A stretch of DNA of 64,000 nucleotides from a virus, in the IMG/VR virus record IMGVR_UViG_3300028608_000008, positions 32,001-96,000 of that record; one strand, 5' to 3'. Made by a program: the position numbers and the translations under genes. Every line of letters begins with the position of its first letter. The stretch's first letter is position 1. Shown here in pieces: positions 27,263-37,980 of this stretch. Under the pieces are notes generated by a model that saw only the letters and a program-made list of their open reading frames with translations, had not been told where the DNA came from and did not search any database.

Positions 27263-30200
27263 ATGGCCGAACTCATTGAAATGGAAAAGGTGGCGGGCCG
27301 CTACCAGTCGAAGCATGACCTCATGCAAGACATTCCACAAAGCCGCAATGAAAAGATTGACGTTAAGGATCACTTCGGCGACGGCAAAAAAGGTCGCGGT
27401 GGTCCGAAAACGTCTTCGAGTTCCAACGCCAAGGCCAAGGCGTCCAGCACCACGGTAAACAACAAAACCGAAAACGTCTACAATCAGGCGCAGTCGGACG
27501 ATGTTGAAATCCAAACCAAAGCAATCACGCAGCAATCCCAAACGCTGAATGAACAAACTGGTTTGATGAAGGCGCAGTCCGGCAAGCTGGACGACCTCAA
27601 CATCACAATGGACAAGCTGTACGCTTTGCTTTATCGCGAGCATACGAAACTCAGTCCGAAATACCAAAACACTCCACAGCCTATGTTGCAGCCTGATTTC
27701 TCCGGTATGCAACCTGACCAAAACGGACAGACAAATAGCTTTGCTGATCTGGCCGGAAGCATCATGGATATGATGGGCGGTGGTGACGGAAAAGGCAAAG
27801 GGAAGAAAAAACCAAAGATTCAGAAAACCGGTGGCGGCATCAAAGGGAAGTTTGGCCGCGCTTGGGGAGCAATGAAAAACGCGGGCGGTTCTTTGCTTGG
27901 CCTCGGTGCCGAAGCTGCGGAAGGCGGTTTGGGTTCGCGGGTTATGCAAGGCGCAAAAGGCATTTTCAGCGGCGGCGGTGGCGGCGGTGGCTGGCGCGGT
28001 AAACTTGCAAAAGGTGCAATGGCTGCGGGTGCGGCTGCTGTTGGTTACAAAGGTTTAGAATCGCTCGGCGGCCTCGGTGCGGTAAGTGCGCACTTTGAAT
28101 CGGGCAAAGGTGGCGTCGGCACAATCAGTACCGGTAAAGGCGACCACGGCGGCGTTTCGTATGGTGCTCACCAGTTGAGTTCCAAATCCGGAACCATGAA
28201 TGCGTTTTTGCGTTCTGAATCCGGTTCTGCATACGCTCAGGAATTCGCAGGTCTGCAACCGGGTAGCGCAGCGTTCAACCAGAAGTACAAAGAGATTGTT
28301 GCACGCGACGGTGAAGGTTTCGATAAAGCGCAATCCAACTTTATCAAAGCCACGCACTATGATCCGGCAGCACGCAAGCTGGCAAAAGACACCGGCCTTG
28401 ATGTTTCCGGTCGCAGCCGTGCGGTTCAGGAAATGGTTTATTCCACTTCCACGCAATACGGCGGCGGTTCCTCGGTAATGGCGAAAGCACTTGCTGGCCG
28501 TGATGCCAATAGCATGAGCGACGAAGACATTATTGACGCAGTGCAAAACTACAAACGCGACAACGTTGGGACGCACTTCAAGTCGTCGAGTGCAAAACAA
28601 CAAGCGGGTGTGGCTGCGCGGGCGGAAAGAGAAAAAGCCATGCTGCGCCAGATTCTTGATGATGAACGCAAGAATCCGCAAGGTGTAATGAAAGGCGAAG
28701 ACAAAAAAGGCGTAGACGGAAACACTGCGGCCGAAGTTGTCCAAGGCAAAACTGATCCGAAATCGCTTCCAGCGGATTCTGTTGCCAAAGCGCAGCAACA
28801 AAGTGTCGGCATTATGCCAATGCAACCGCAAGACGTAAAAGCGGATGAAGCGTTGGGCACCAGTGAAGACGGCGAACAATTTGTAACCGTGCAACAATCC
28901 ACTGGCGGCGTTACTGCGGTCGATGGGGCTGGTATGGCATTGGCCGGGGCTGGTATTGCAAAAGCTGGGGCCGATGGCACCAAAGCCGCAACCGCAACCA
29001 AAGCCATGATTTCTTCCGGTGAAAAAGCTACGCTGAAAGGCGCAGCAAAAGTCGGTGGCAAGATGCTCGGTCCCGGCGTTAGTGTTGCAATGGACGGCTA
29101 CCGCGCTGCGGAAGTTATCAACGATGACAAAATGTCGAGTGCGAAAAAGGAAACTGAACTCGCAGGCATTGGTGGTTCCATGGCTGGCGCTGTTGCTGGC
29201 GGTGCAATCGGTGCAACAATGGGTTCCGTTGTTCCTGTTGCGGGTACTGCGGTCGGCGGCGTCATTGGTTCCATTGGTGGCGCAATAGTTGGCGAAGAAG
29301 GTGTGAAGGCTGGCGTCAATTACGTTATGGGAACTCCCGAAGAACGTGAAGCAAAAGCCGCATCGAAAATGTATGTCAATTCTCCGTTGCTGCAAGGCGA
29401 ACATTCGACTTTGCCAACGGCGCCGGTTGCATTGCCTTCGGTAAAAGATTTGATGACGGTGCCACCAAAAGCGCCAACTGAAATCCAAACCGCTGCATTG
29501 GCCGCACCTGCAAAACCTGCGGACGCTACGCCGGTAATTCCGCCAGCGCAAAAAATGGATGGTAAATCTGTTGCGGAAACGCTCGCCCCTTCGGTTGCCG
29601 CATCTTCGACTCCGGGCTGGAATCCAACCCCGGATGAAATGGCAACTTGGAAAGCGATGACAGTTCCAGTCGCTCCAAACGCGCCGTCGTTCCACAAAGC
29701 TGCACGCGATCTTGCTGCAAAAGATAAACCGGCAGAAGTGTTGACGCCAAGCAATCCGGAAACGCAAATTGGTAAAGCTGCAACGTATCAAGCGGCTGCA
29801 CCGAAAAGCGAAACTCCGGCACCAGTACAGGCGCCTGCGCAAGCACCGACCAAAACTTTTGATATGCCGAAACAGGAAGCTGCGCCGCCATCGGTTACGG
29901 CTCCAACCTATTCGGAAATCAAACCTTTCCAGCAACCGGCAGTCGTTCCAAACACTCCGTCCATTGCAACAAACGTTTCTGCAACTCCGGTAAGCGCTGG
30001 CTCCGATGGGCTTTCCTCAAACGTTGACCGGTTAGCAACCGCTGCACAATCGCTTGCTGATTCCGCTGCAAAAATGGCCGGGGCTGGTGGCGTCAAAGAC
30101 GGAAAAGGTGATCCCACAAAACCGGGAATGCCGGGCGCTGCACCTGCTGGAATGCAATCGGTTGAAGCAAAACCAGTTGGCGCTTCTCTGTTTGAAAAAC

Positions 30201-30547
30201 TGAATCCGTTCTCGCCTGCGAGTCCGCAATTCTACAAATCGGAACCTGCAATTTCGCAACGTCCGCAAATGGCCGCACCAGTGGTCAGCGCTGCGCCTAC
30301 TCCGGTTGCAGCAATGCCAGCACGCGAATCGGCAGCACCTCAACCAATAGACAACATTTCGAATATTCGCATGGCGACACAAGCGCCAGCACCGGCTCCG
30401 GCTGCACCTGCACCATCGGCAGGCGGTGGAGGCGGCGCAGCAAAAGGTGGCGGAGGTGGTTCGGGTTCGGATAAACCGACGCTCGATGAAATCCCCGCGC
30501 TGATTAGCGATTTCGGATTGGTGTTTGTAAACTCGGGACTTCTGTAA
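27263..30547 (+). CDS. Tape-measure/baseplate-hub-like protein with lysozyme-like muramidase domain
   Basis: 1094 aa, Gly/Ala-rich helical regions and Pro/Ala-rich tail; FESG..GDHGGVSYGAHQL..YSTSTQYG domain (~28070-28670) homologous to 41122..41835. Confidence 0.7.
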   Translation: MAELIEMEKVAGRYQSKHDLMQDIPQSRNEKIDVKDHFGDGKKGRGGPKTSSSSNAKAKASSTTVNNKTENVYNQAQSDDVEIQTKAITQQSQTLNEQTGLMKAQSGKLDDLNITMDKLYALLYREHTKLSPKYQNTPQPMLQPDFSGMQPDQNGQTNSFADLAGSIMDMMGGGDGKGKGKKKPKIQKTGGGIKGKFGRAWGAMKNAGGSLLGLGAEAAEGGLGSRVMQGAKGIFSGGGGGGGWRGKLAKGAMAAGAAAVGYKGLESLGGLGAVSAHFESGKGGVGTISTGKGDHGGVSYGAHQLSSKSGTMNAFLRSESGSAYAQEFAGLQPGSAAFNQKYKEIVARDGEGFDKAQSNFIKATHYDPAARKLAKDTGLDVSGRSRAVQEMVYSTSTQYGGGSSVMAKALAGRDANSMSDEDIIDAVQNYKRDNVGTHFKSSSAKQQAGVAARAEREKAMLRQILDDERKNPQGVMKGEDKKGVDGNTAAEVVQGKTDPKSLPADSVAKAQQQSVGIMPMQPQDVKADEALGTSEDGEQFVTVQQSTGGVTAVDGAGMALAGAGIAKAGADGTKAATATKAMISSGEKATLKGAAKVGGKMLGPGVSVAMDGYRAAEVINDDKMSSAKKETELAGIGGSMAGAVAGGAIGATMGSVVPVAGTAVGGVIGSIGGAIVGEEGVKAGVNYVMGTPEEREAKAASKMYVNSPLLQGEHSTLPTAPVALPSVKDLMTVPPKAPTEIQTAALAAPAKPADATPVIPPAQKMDGKSVAETLAPSVAASSTPGWNPTPDEMATWKAMTVPVAPNAPSFHKAARDLAAKDKPAEVLTPSNPETQIGKAATYQAAAPKSETPAPVQAPAQAPTKTFDMPKQEAAPPSVTAPTYSEIKPFQQPAVVPNTPSIATNVSATPVSAGSDGLSSNVDRLATAAQSLADSAAKMAGAGGVKDGKGDPTKPGMPGAAPAGMQSVEAKPVGASLFEKLNPFSPASPQFYKSEPAISQRPQMAAPVVSAAPTPVAAMPARESAAPQPIDNISNIRMATQAPAPAPAAPAPSAGGGGGAAKGGGGGSGSDKPTLDEIPALISDFGLVFVNSGLL

Positions 30548-31326
30548 TGGCTACTGCAACTCCAAACGCAGCAACCCCAGCGGCCAAACCGTACACGTCC
30601 GATATTTACATGGCAACGCTAAACGTAAAACGGGACAACGCGGATTATCTGAATATCAGTACCCCGTTGCCTGAAAGTTTTTCGTTTGGTTTGACCAGCC
30701 ACTTTGACCGTCCGCTCGATCAGCCGCTTTCCAACCTGAACCAAGGTGGCGGCATCGCAGCAAACAGTTTGGTGAAAGCTGGTGCAACTGCAATCACCGG
30801 CCAAACAACCAAGATGAAGTTTTTGTCTGGTGCCGTTTGGTCGGGCGGTTCGTATTTGCAAATTTCGTTGCCCTTCCTTTTGCATGCGTACACCGATGCA
30901 AAAATGGACGTGATGGATAAGCTGATTCAATTAATGTCACTCGCGGCTCCAAGCGAAGACGGTTTGGGCGGGACGCTTCGTGCGCCCGGTCCGACCGTGG
31001 CAAACCTTGATGCGATTATGGAAGGCAACTTTTCGCAACAAGGCAACCCTTTGCAAATGGGCGGCGATCTGATTACTGTAAACCTCGGAAGATTCATGAC
31101 GTTGAGTCCGTGCATCATCACCGACGTAACTCCGACGTTTGACACAGTGCTGGATCAAAACGGAACGCCAATGGGTGTTTCGGTAAACGTGAGTATTGAA
31201 ACGTTCTTCACCACGACGCAGGAAGATTTGATTAAAGCTTTCCAAAGCAGTATCACTGCGGGCACCGGTGCGAAGTCTGGCACAGGCTGGGGCGTTCTCA
31301 ATCTCGCAAAACTGATTGGTGGATAA
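30547..31326 (+). CDS. Baseplate / tube-initiator protein (gp48/gp54-like)
   Basis: Follows tape measure; PCIITDVTPTFD..PMGVSVNVSIET motif. Confidence 0.55.
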   Translation: MATATPNAATPAAKPYTSDIYMATLNVKRDNADYLNISTPLPESFSFGLTSHFDRPLDQPLSNLNQGGGIAANSLVKAGATAITGQTTKMKFLSGAVWSGGSYLQISLPFLLHAYTDAKMDVMDKLIQLMSLAAPSEDGLGGTLRAPGPTVANLDAIMEGNFSQQGNPLQMGGDLITVNLGRFMTLSPCIITDVTPTFDTVLDQNGTPMGVSVNVSIETFFTTTQEDLIKAFQSSITAGTGAKSGTGWGVLNLAKLIGG

Positions 31327-31327
31327 C

Positions 31328-31660
31328 ATGGCTGACCTCGGCGACCATTCCACGTTTTTGGTGATTGACGAACTGGGCATTGATCCTTTGCGGGACAAAG
31401 CCATTGACGCAATCATGGAAACGAGAGGTTTTGAATTCTACACCGTGAAGTCGAGTGAACAGCACAACACGCCGTTGCTCGCCTACAACGTGTACCGGAA
31501 CGAAAAATTCTGGTGGCATATCCAAGTCTACAACGGACTCGACGATATGTTTGAAGTCAAAACCGGTATGCAAATCAAAATCCCTGATATGAACGAAATG
31601 GTCACGCGTCTAACTGCCGCAATGAAGCCGACCAATTCCAACAAAACAGTGAGTATCTAA
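31328..31660 (+). CDS. Baseplate wedge protein, T4 gp53/LysM-like
   Basis: PLLAYNVYRNEKFWWHIQVYNG..GMQIKIP motif. Confidence 0.75.
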   Translation: MADLGDHSTFLVIDELGIDPLRDKAIDAIMETRGFEFYTVKSSEQHNTPLLAYNVYRNEKFWWHIQVYNGLDDMFEVKTGMQIKIPDMNEMVTRLTAAMKPTNSNKTVSI

Positions 31661-34126
31661 ATGCAAGCGACTCTGAATATTGAGGGCTTGGCGTATTGCT
31701 CAATCGACATTGAAGGTTCTTCGGTTCCTCCGTCGATGAACATGCTGAGTAGCATTTTGATTATGGAAGGTTTCGGAATGGGTCTGCCCGTTCTGCAACT
31801 GATCCTCAACGACGAAAAAGAGTCGCTGTCCAAAGAACTCGCGATTGCCGACGGCTCGCGCATTGTGATTCGCATGGGCCGCGACACCAAGAATATCAAG
31901 GAATGTCCGTTTCGTGTTTTCGGGTGGCGCCGTTCGCGTTCCACTTCCGGACCGCGTTTGGAAATTGTTGGTTTGCTTGACGTTCCGGAATTCGGCGCGG
32001 GCGCTTTTTGCGAAGCGTTCCGTGTCAGTTCCAGCGACCTGATGGCGCAGATTGCCAGCCTTTGCGGTTTGACCTATGACGGTCCAGCACAAAACACCGA
32101 CGACCTGATGACGTGGTTGAATTTAAACACAACTCGTTTGTCGTTTACCGAAGACGTAGCCATGCGTGGTTACACTTCCGAACAATCGTGCATGGCGCGT
32201 ATCGTGACCATGGACAAAACCCTGCGCTACAAAAACCTGTTTGACGTGCTGTCCGATAAACCGAAATTCACTTTCGTGCATGACACCACGGGCGCAGGCA
32301 CCGAAGGCGTTGTGGTTTCTGTTCGCGAATCTCGGGACGCTTCTGTTTCGGGCATGGGCGCACACCACGTCAACTACGGGCAAAAGCATTACCAACACGA
32401 AGGCAATGGCATTGACGAAGAAATTCTGACATTGACCGCGCCGCTTCTCGGCACCGGTTTGCCATTGAATGACGACGTGTTGCAGAAACTCAAAGAGCGC
32501 GGTTCTCGCGTTTCCTATTCTGGTTTCGATCCGGGCACAGCGCCAACTGCGGACGACGCGGTTCACCAGTTTTACGAAAACGCGTATTACCAAAACCTGC
32601 GCTTCCTGTCGTTGTTTAGCGAACGCCTTGTTTTGCTGAATGACCAATGCACCGATTCGAAATCGTTTGACCCGGTTGCCTACCTGCTGAAAAACGATAA
32701 GCAGAACGGTACGCCAACTGTCAGCGCCGACGTGTCGAGCCAGTATGTGCTGGGCGGTAAATCCATTCTGATTAAAAACGGTTTGCGGTTTGCCGAAGCG
32801 CATTATCTGTATCGACCATTCCTTTCGACGCCTGCAAAGAAAGGTCAAGATTCTGGACAGGCTCCGGTTGCGCAAAACGCCAGCGCTTCCAGTTCCGGAC
32901 CAATCGCGGCAGCCGCAACGCAAACAAATGCAAACACGGCCACCAACCTTTCTTCGCAATTGGTTGCGGGTGAAGGTGGCGGCATTCCAGTTCCGGCGAC
33001 AACGGCTGCAATGGACAGCATGAAATCGCTGGATGCGTTCAACAGCGCGTTCCCGGCAGTTCCGAGCATTGCAACAAACTTGGCACCGAATGCACAAATG
33101 CGAAGTGCTATGGATGGCGTGCGTTCCAGTACGGCAGCACTCGACAACATCGGTGGGCCACTGGGCGCAAGTATCAAAGCTGCAAACGTTATTCCGGCCG
33201 ACACCTCATACTTCCAGCGCGTCACAGCATTCGGCGGCGATATGCTTTCGAATTTGACCGATGGTTTCAACATAAACCGTATTGCATCGGACATTGATTA
33301 TGCGCGAAGCAATTCTACAAGTTTTAAAGCGGCTGCTATTGGCCGCGTTAGTGGCGCTTTTGGCGATGTTACTGGTTTCCGGGTTAATAATATCGTCAGT
33401 GCTGCCACTGGTGGACGCCTCAACAAAGGCGCTATCGTCGGTGAAGTTCTCGGTGGTGGAATATGGGCGGCGGACCTTGCAACAGGCGGCATGGGAGCGG
33501 GCCAACTTGACCTTCCGTTCACGTTGCCGTTTGTGGATACGGCGGCTGGTAAAGTAACGACAAATTTCCTGATGGATACGACCGGTTTCGGAATCGGGCC
33601 GGACAACATCACAATCAACCCGCACAAAACCGCACGCGCCGTAAACGCGTTTGCAAATTCCACAAACCCACAACAGTTGCTGCTGACCCAAGGTGCAGAT
33701 TCTTACATCAAAACGTTTGGCAACGTAACGCCAACCGATGCCGCTTCGAGTCTGCAAGAACTTTCGGTAATCTCGGCCAAGGTAATGTCGCAGTACGGAC
33801 AAAACGAATATCTTTCCGACGACGCCCGAACCAACAAAGCACTGATCTACGCAGGTCGCGAAACAATCTTCTCGTTTGGCGGCAAGGGCGCAACGCCATT
33901 GCTAAACTCGGTAGAAAAAGTTTACGACTACGGCGGTTATCAAAACGTCGAGACAACAAAGCAAGCCACCACATGGGCGCGCCTTTACTCAATGGGCAAA
34001 GACGTTACCAACAAAGCCGGACAGTGGGAGGCGCCGGTGTTCCCGTCACTCGCAACCGAAACGGATACAACTGCTGGTTTGTCGAATTCGTATTCCAGCA
34101 ACGCAACGCGCTACTTTGGTGGGTAA
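31661..34126 (+). CDS. Baseplate hub protein (gp27/VgrG-like N-terminus, inferred) with long Ala/Ser/Thr-rich C-terminus
   Basis: 821 aa after gp53-like gene; function from position and beta-rich N-terminal ~390 aa. Confidence 0.5.
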   Translation: MQATLNIEGLAYCSIDIEGSSVPPSMNMLSSILIMEGFGMGLPVLQLILNDEKESLSKELAIADGSRIVIRMGRDTKNIKECPFRVFGWRRSRSTSGPRLEIVGLLDVPEFGAGAFCEAFRVSSSDLMAQIASLCGLTYDGPAQNTDDLMTWLNLNTTRLSFTEDVAMRGYTSEQSCMARIVTMDKTLRYKNLFDVLSDKPKFTFVHDTTGAGTEGVVVSVRESRDASVSGMGAHHVNYGQKHYQHEGNGIDEEILTLTAPLLGTGLPLNDDVLQKLKERGSRVSYSGFDPGTAPTADDAVHQFYENAYYQNLRFLSLFSERLVLLNDQCTDSKSFDPVAYLLKNDKQNGTPTVSADVSSQYVLGGKSILIKNGLRFAEAHYLYRPFLSTPAKKGQDSGQAPVAQNASASSSGPIAAAATQTNANTATNLSSQLVAGEGGGIPVPATTAAMDSMKSLDAFNSAFPAVPSIATNLAPNAQMRSAMDGVRSSTAALDNIGGPLGASIKAANVIPADTSYFQRVTAFGGDMLSNLTDGFNINRIASDIDYARSNSTSFKAAAIGRVSGAFGDVTGFRVNNIVSAATGGRLNKGAIVGEVLGGGIWAADLATGGMGAGQLDLPFTLPFVDTAAGKVTTNFLMDTTGFGIGPDNITINPHKTARAVNAFANSTNPQQLLLTQGADSYIKTFGNVTPTDAASSLQELSVISAKVMSQYGQNEYLSDDARTNKALIYAGRETIFSFGGKGATPLLNSVEKVYDYGGYQNVETTKQATTWARLYSMGKDVTNKAGQWEAPVFPSLATETDTTAGLSNSYSSNATRYFGG

Positions 34127-34135
34127 ACTGTAAAC
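34124..34135 (+). promoter_or_regulatory. Intergenic motif (T)AACTGYAAAC, representative copy
   Basis: TAAACTGTAAAC; further copies at 36208, 36435, 42850, 43539, 48017, 57144, 62367. Confidence 0.5.
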
Positions 34136-34162
34136 CTTCCTCAGATAGTAAAGGAAACCAAC

Positions 34163-34450
34163 ATGCACTCATGGGAAATACTGGGCGACAATCGGGTCAA
34201 TCACATACAAGAACCCGATCCCGGTAAAATCAAAAAAGAAATCTATGTCGATATGTGGCAGACTAAAGACGGGGCGCTTCAATCCGCTTTGGAGATTGCC
34301 CGCAAAGATTTGCTTCTCGACGTGGAGATTGAACAGGTTGAAGGTATGGTCTGCATCAATCTCTACGGCATGCCAAACGACGTGATTCTGTTCCATTCAC
34401 GGTTAACGTGGGAAGACGGAATCCATATCGCCACAACCAAAATCCGCTAA
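34163..34450 (+). CDS. Hypothetical protein
   Basis: 95 aa, AAGGA RBS. Confidence 0.6.
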   Translation: MHSWEILGDNRVNHIQEPDPGKIKKEIYVDMWQTKDGALQSALEIARKDLLLDVEIEQVEGMVCINLYGMPNDVILFHSRLTWEDGIHIATTKIR

Positions 34451-34491
34451 CTGTATGGGGCGCAAACCAATACGCCCCGTTGGAGAATAAA

Positions 34492-35253
34492 ATGCGTCAA
34501 CACTGGGCAAAGTTTTTCATCGACATTGCGTATATGTACGCCAACCAAGTGACCTGCGCTTCGGGTCGTAAAGTCGGTTGCGTAATCTCTCGCGGCAATC
34601 GTCAGATTTCGGCGGGCTTCAACGGTGTGAAACCAAAAGTACCACATCCGGACAAATGCGAACGTCTGATTTATGGTGTGCCCAGTGGTGGCGGCTTGCA
34701 TATGTGTGAATGCGACCACGCCGAAGCCAATGCAATCGACTTTGCAAAACGTATGGGCATCGACATTGTTGGTGCCGAAATGTATGCGACTGCGCAGCCT
34801 TGCGATTTGTGCAGTGCGAAAATCATCGAAGCGAAACTGGGCGCCGTCTATTACGACGTGCCGTATCCGGGTTCGAATTCGTTGATCGACTTTTTCCAAG
34901 CTGGCATTATGTGCGAACCTTATCACAACGTGGTTTTGCGTTCGCTCAGTGTTGGTGAACAATCCAACTACCTGCTGGAACTCACAAAGAACGAACGCGG
35001 CCTCGACCGTATCGCCAAACTGATTCCAACGTTTATCCACCTTTCCGCTGGCATGGCCGAAGCGTTTGCCTGCGCGATTGTAAACCGCTCGGGCGTTTTC
35101 GGAAAGGAAGAACCAATCACCGAATGGAACGAACTCGACTGTACCATTACCGTGAAGCTTTCCGAAACGGCAATGCCAATCAAGATCGCACCAAAGGAAA
35201 ACATCATCCTCGGTTTGCAAGCGCATTACGGGGTTCCAAATTTTCTGAATTGA
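34492..35253 (+). CDS. dCMP deaminase (with C-terminal extension)
   Basis: RKVGCVI..ISAGFNG, HAEANAI and PCDLC zinc motifs; GGAGA RBS favours ATG 34492. Confidence 0.9.
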   Translation: MRQHWAKFFIDIAYMYANQVTCASGRKVGCVISRGNRQISAGFNGVKPKVPHPDKCERLIYGVPSGGGLHMCECDHAEANAIDFAKRMGIDIVGAEMYATAQPCDLCSAKIIEAKLGAVYYDVPYPGSNSLIDFFQAGIMCEPYHNVVLRSLSVGEQSNYLLELTKNERGLDRIAKLIPTFIHLSAGMAEAFACAIVNRSGVFGKEEPITEWNELDCTITVKLSETAMPIKIAPKENIILGLQAHYGVPNFLN

Positions 35254-35262
35254 GGATTTCCA

Positions 35263-36189
35263 ATGGAAGTTCAAACTTATGGTGGCGTAGTCGATCAACT
35301 CGTTGCCAAGATTGCCGAAGCTGGCGAGCATCCCAACGAAGTACGTCGAATCGTTTTGACTCCGGCCGAAATGAAAGAAGTGCAAGACTCCGGCGCCTTC
35401 ACCACCACGGTTTCGAAATACTACGGTGATTCCTCGACGCTGATTATCGACAACATCATCACCGACCGCCAAGGCGATTACATTTCGTTTTACCTTGGCG
35501 GCGTTTTGGTTTGTCGTCATCCGGGCGACCCTGATTTCGTTGCCGGTCTGACCTACGCGGCAGGCAGCGCCCCGGCTGTTGCTGAAACCGGTTTTACCAA
35601 AACCATCAACGGCAAGAAATACATGCTGGCTGGTATTGGCAATCCGGCTGACGATTTCACCATTTCGAAAAACTCGCTGATTGAACTTGGCCTCGCCGTG
35701 CGCAAACGTGGCGACCAAACCAATTACGAAGCGGGCGGCAGTTACGACATTGCGCTCAAGCCTGACGAACTGTGGACTTTCGCAGTCACTGTCGGCTCGC
35801 TGAATCCGGATGTTCCAAACGTCTGCGATATGTATGACGTGGAACTGATTCTGGATACCGACCCTTCCGGTGGCGAAGCCAATCCAGTGAAATGGAAATT
35901 GATCTTTGACGAATTGCGTAAAGCTTACGTCTGGAGCAATGCGGCTTCCGGCCATACCGTCATTACCGATGGCACCATGAGCGAAGGCGGTTACGCTGTC
36001 CAAACAATTCAGCGTTACGACTTTGGTTTCATCAAGCCGTATCTGCAAAACGTCAAATACAACGCTGCCGGTGCGCCACTCGGTTCCTATGTTCTGGAAC
36101 TGAAAGCCACTCCGAAATGGAAAGGCAGCACTGCCGTCGTTTCCGTCGAAGTGTTGGCCGACATTTCCGAATTCGTCGAACAGCCGTGA
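35263..36189 (+). CDS. Hypothetical, probably virion structural, protein
   Basis: 308 aa, GAGG RBS, strongly biased codons, beta-rich. Confidence 0.5.
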   Translation: MEVQTYGGVVDQLVAKIAEAGEHPNEVRRIVLTPAEMKEVQDSGAFTTTVSKYYGDSSTLIIDNIITDRQGDYISFYLGGVLVCRHPGDPDFVAGLTYAAGSAPAVAETGFTKTINGKKYMLAGIGNPADDFTISKNSLIELGLAVRKRGDQTNYEAGGSYDIALKPDELWTFAVTVGSLNPDVPNVCDMYDVELILDTDPSGGEANPVKWKLIFDELRKAYVWSNAASGHTVITDGTMSEGGYAVQTIQRYDFGFIKPYLQNVKYNAAGAPLGSYVLELKATPKWKGSTAVVSVEVLADISEFVEQP

Positions 36190-36196
36190 CCAAGAG

Positions 36197-36240
36197 CCGT
36201 GCTCACCTAAACTGTAAAGGGTGAGTACGGTTTTTCATTT
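36197..36240 (+). terminator. Rho-independent terminator with AACTGTAAA motif in loop
   Basis: CCGTGCTCACC / GGTGAGTACGG 11-bp stem, then T5. Confidence 0.75.
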
Positions 36241-36254
36241 CTGGAGCCAAAACA

Positions 36255-36443
36255 ATGACCGAAGTTAAACAAGTGAAAACCAGTGAAGGTGCCTCTACTG
36301 TAATGCGCGATATGGTAATGTCGCCGGGCAACCCCGAACAGCAACAGGCTCGAATCGAAGCGCGCCAAGCTCCCCAATTCCTGACCCGCAAACCGCGTAT
36401 CCGCCCAAGCATCGCGGCCAAACTGCGTGGCGAAAAACTGTAA
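36255..36443 (+). CDS. Small hypothetical protein
   Basis: 62 aa, GGAG RBS. Confidence 0.55.
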   Translation: MTEVKQVKTSEGASTVMRDMVMSPGNPEQQQARIEARQAPQFLTRKPRIRPSIAAKLRGEKL

Positions 36444-36482
36444 ACTAGATTCATCACCAATCACCCAAACTGGAAAACTGAA

Positions 36483-37376
36483 ATGTCTCGATTCCCGGCT
36501 CGCTACCTCGGCCACGAAATGCCAGAACACACTGCCGTTTTCAATACCATTCTCGGCGTGCAGGCTGACCTGAACGACCTGATGGGCGGCGTGCAATGGC
36601 GCAACGCAACTCTGGAAAACGACCACGGTTTCGCGTATCGCCGCGCAATCAAACTGGAAGTCGCGGAAGCAATCGCGTTCACTCCGTACAAGTGGTGGGC
36701 GAAAGTCGATTTCAACCGTCCGCAATTCCGCATGGAACTGATCGACGCCGCGCACTTCCTGCTTTCGTTCACCCACGTTGTGCAGCGTAGTTCCAAGCCG
36801 TACTACTGGGCTGGTCAAATGTCGGCTGTTCAAAAAGTTTACACGCCTCTCGACGCAATGCGCGAAGGTTGGGTAAACGCCGAACACGCCTACGGCAGCA
36901 AGTACAACGACCTGTTCGCAGAAACCGAAAAAGAAACTTCGGAACACGCAGTGCAACATCTGGAGCGTCTGGTTTCCAACCTGTATGGTCGCCACATCGC
37001 AACCCAAGTGACCTACAGCACTTTCGATCTGTGCGGCGCGTGGGAAAATCTTTTCTCCGCTCTGTTCATCGTCGATCCGGATTTTACCGTTCAAAACCTG
37101 CTGACCGAATACCTGTCGAAGTCGGTTCTGAATCGTTTCCGTACCGCGAACGGCGCGAAAGAACACGGCCTCGCCTACAACAAAACCCAGTTCCTCGAAA
37201 ACCCGGCGACCTACGTGAAAGTGTGGGCCGACGACCGCGAAGACACCGAACATCTGGCCGACATTCTGGAAGGTATGCTGCTGGCTGGCGGTGAAATCGA
37301 CAACGCAAAAATCATGACCGCGCTGACCGAACGTTACGCGAAAACCATCGAAGCGTACCAGCGCATCGAACAGTAA
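36483..37376 (+). CDS. dut: Dimeric (all-alpha) dUTPase / dCTPase family
   Basis: KLEVAEA..YKWWAK, MELIDAAHFLLS, YLSKSVLNRFR..NG motifs of dUTPase_2 family. Confidence 0.85.
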   Translation: MSRFPARYLGHEMPEHTAVFNTILGVQADLNDLMGGVQWRNATLENDHGFAYRRAIKLEVAEAIAFTPYKWWAKVDFNRPQFRMELIDAAHFLLSFTHVVQRSSKPYYWAGQMSAVQKVYTPLDAMREGWVNAEHAYGSKYNDLFAETEKETSEHAVQHLERLVSNLYGRHIATQVTYSTFDLCGAWENLFSALFIVDPDFTVQNLLTEYLSKSVLNRFRTANGAKEHGLAYNKTQFLENPATYVKVWADDREDTEHLADILEGMLLAGGEIDNAKIMTALTERYAKTIEAYQRIEQ

Positions 37377-37384
37377 CAATCGCG

Positions 37385-37416
37385 AACGGGTGGCCTAGTG
37401 CTGCCCGTTTCTGTTT
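37385..37416 (+). terminator. Rho-independent terminator (CTAGT loop)
   Basis: AACGGGTGGC-CTAGT-GCTGCCCGTT then TCTGTTT. Confidence 0.75.
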
Positions 37417-37425
37417 GAGGTGCGT

Positions 37426-37980
37426 ATGGGTTTAGGACTTCCTCCGATGAAGAAAAAGCAAAAGGAAATCACGTTCACTAGCCGGACCATCAAGTACGCG
37501 TTTCTGTCGAACCCGTTCCCGGCTGCGTTCATCGCCATGTTTGGCGGCAAGCCAGTTTTGTTTAAAAGCGCTGAGCACTACTACCAAGCGCACAAGACGA
37601 AAAACAAAACCTTCCGCGCCAAGATCATCAACGCGTTTGACTGGTCGAAGGCCAAGTATTTCGGTTCCGAGAAAGGCGGGGCGCCACTCGACCCTGCGTT
37701 CAACGAAAAGAAAGACAGCATCATGCTGAATGCCGTGGCGCACAAGTTTGCACAAAACCCAATCTTGCTTCGGTTGCTGCGCGATACCGGCGAAGCTACG
37801 TTGACCGAAGACGCGACGTGGGATGAATACTGGGGAACCGGGCGCGACGGAAAAGGTAAACGCAAACTCACCAAGATTCTCGCAAAGGTCCGCAGCATGA
37901 CCAACGAGGAACTGGCGAAGTACCGCATCAACGCAAACCTCGATGATTTGAAATTTTACGAAGGGAGTGACGACAAATGA
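37426..37980 (+). CDS. NADAR family protein (YbiA-like)
   Basis: FLSN, FKSAEHYYQAHK, KFAQN, L.DTG..L.ED...D.YWG.G.DGKG...L..IL..VR; GAGG RBS favours ATG 37426. Confidence 0.9.
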   Translation: MGLGLPPMKKKQKEITFTSRTIKYAFLSNPFPAAFIAMFGGKPVLFKSAEHYYQAHKTKNKTFRAKIINAFDWSKAKYFGSEKGGAPLDPAFNEKKDSIMLNAVAHKFAQNPILLRLLRDTGEATLTEDATWDEYWGTGRDGKGKRKLTKILAKVRSMTNEELAKYRINANLDDLKFYEGSDDK

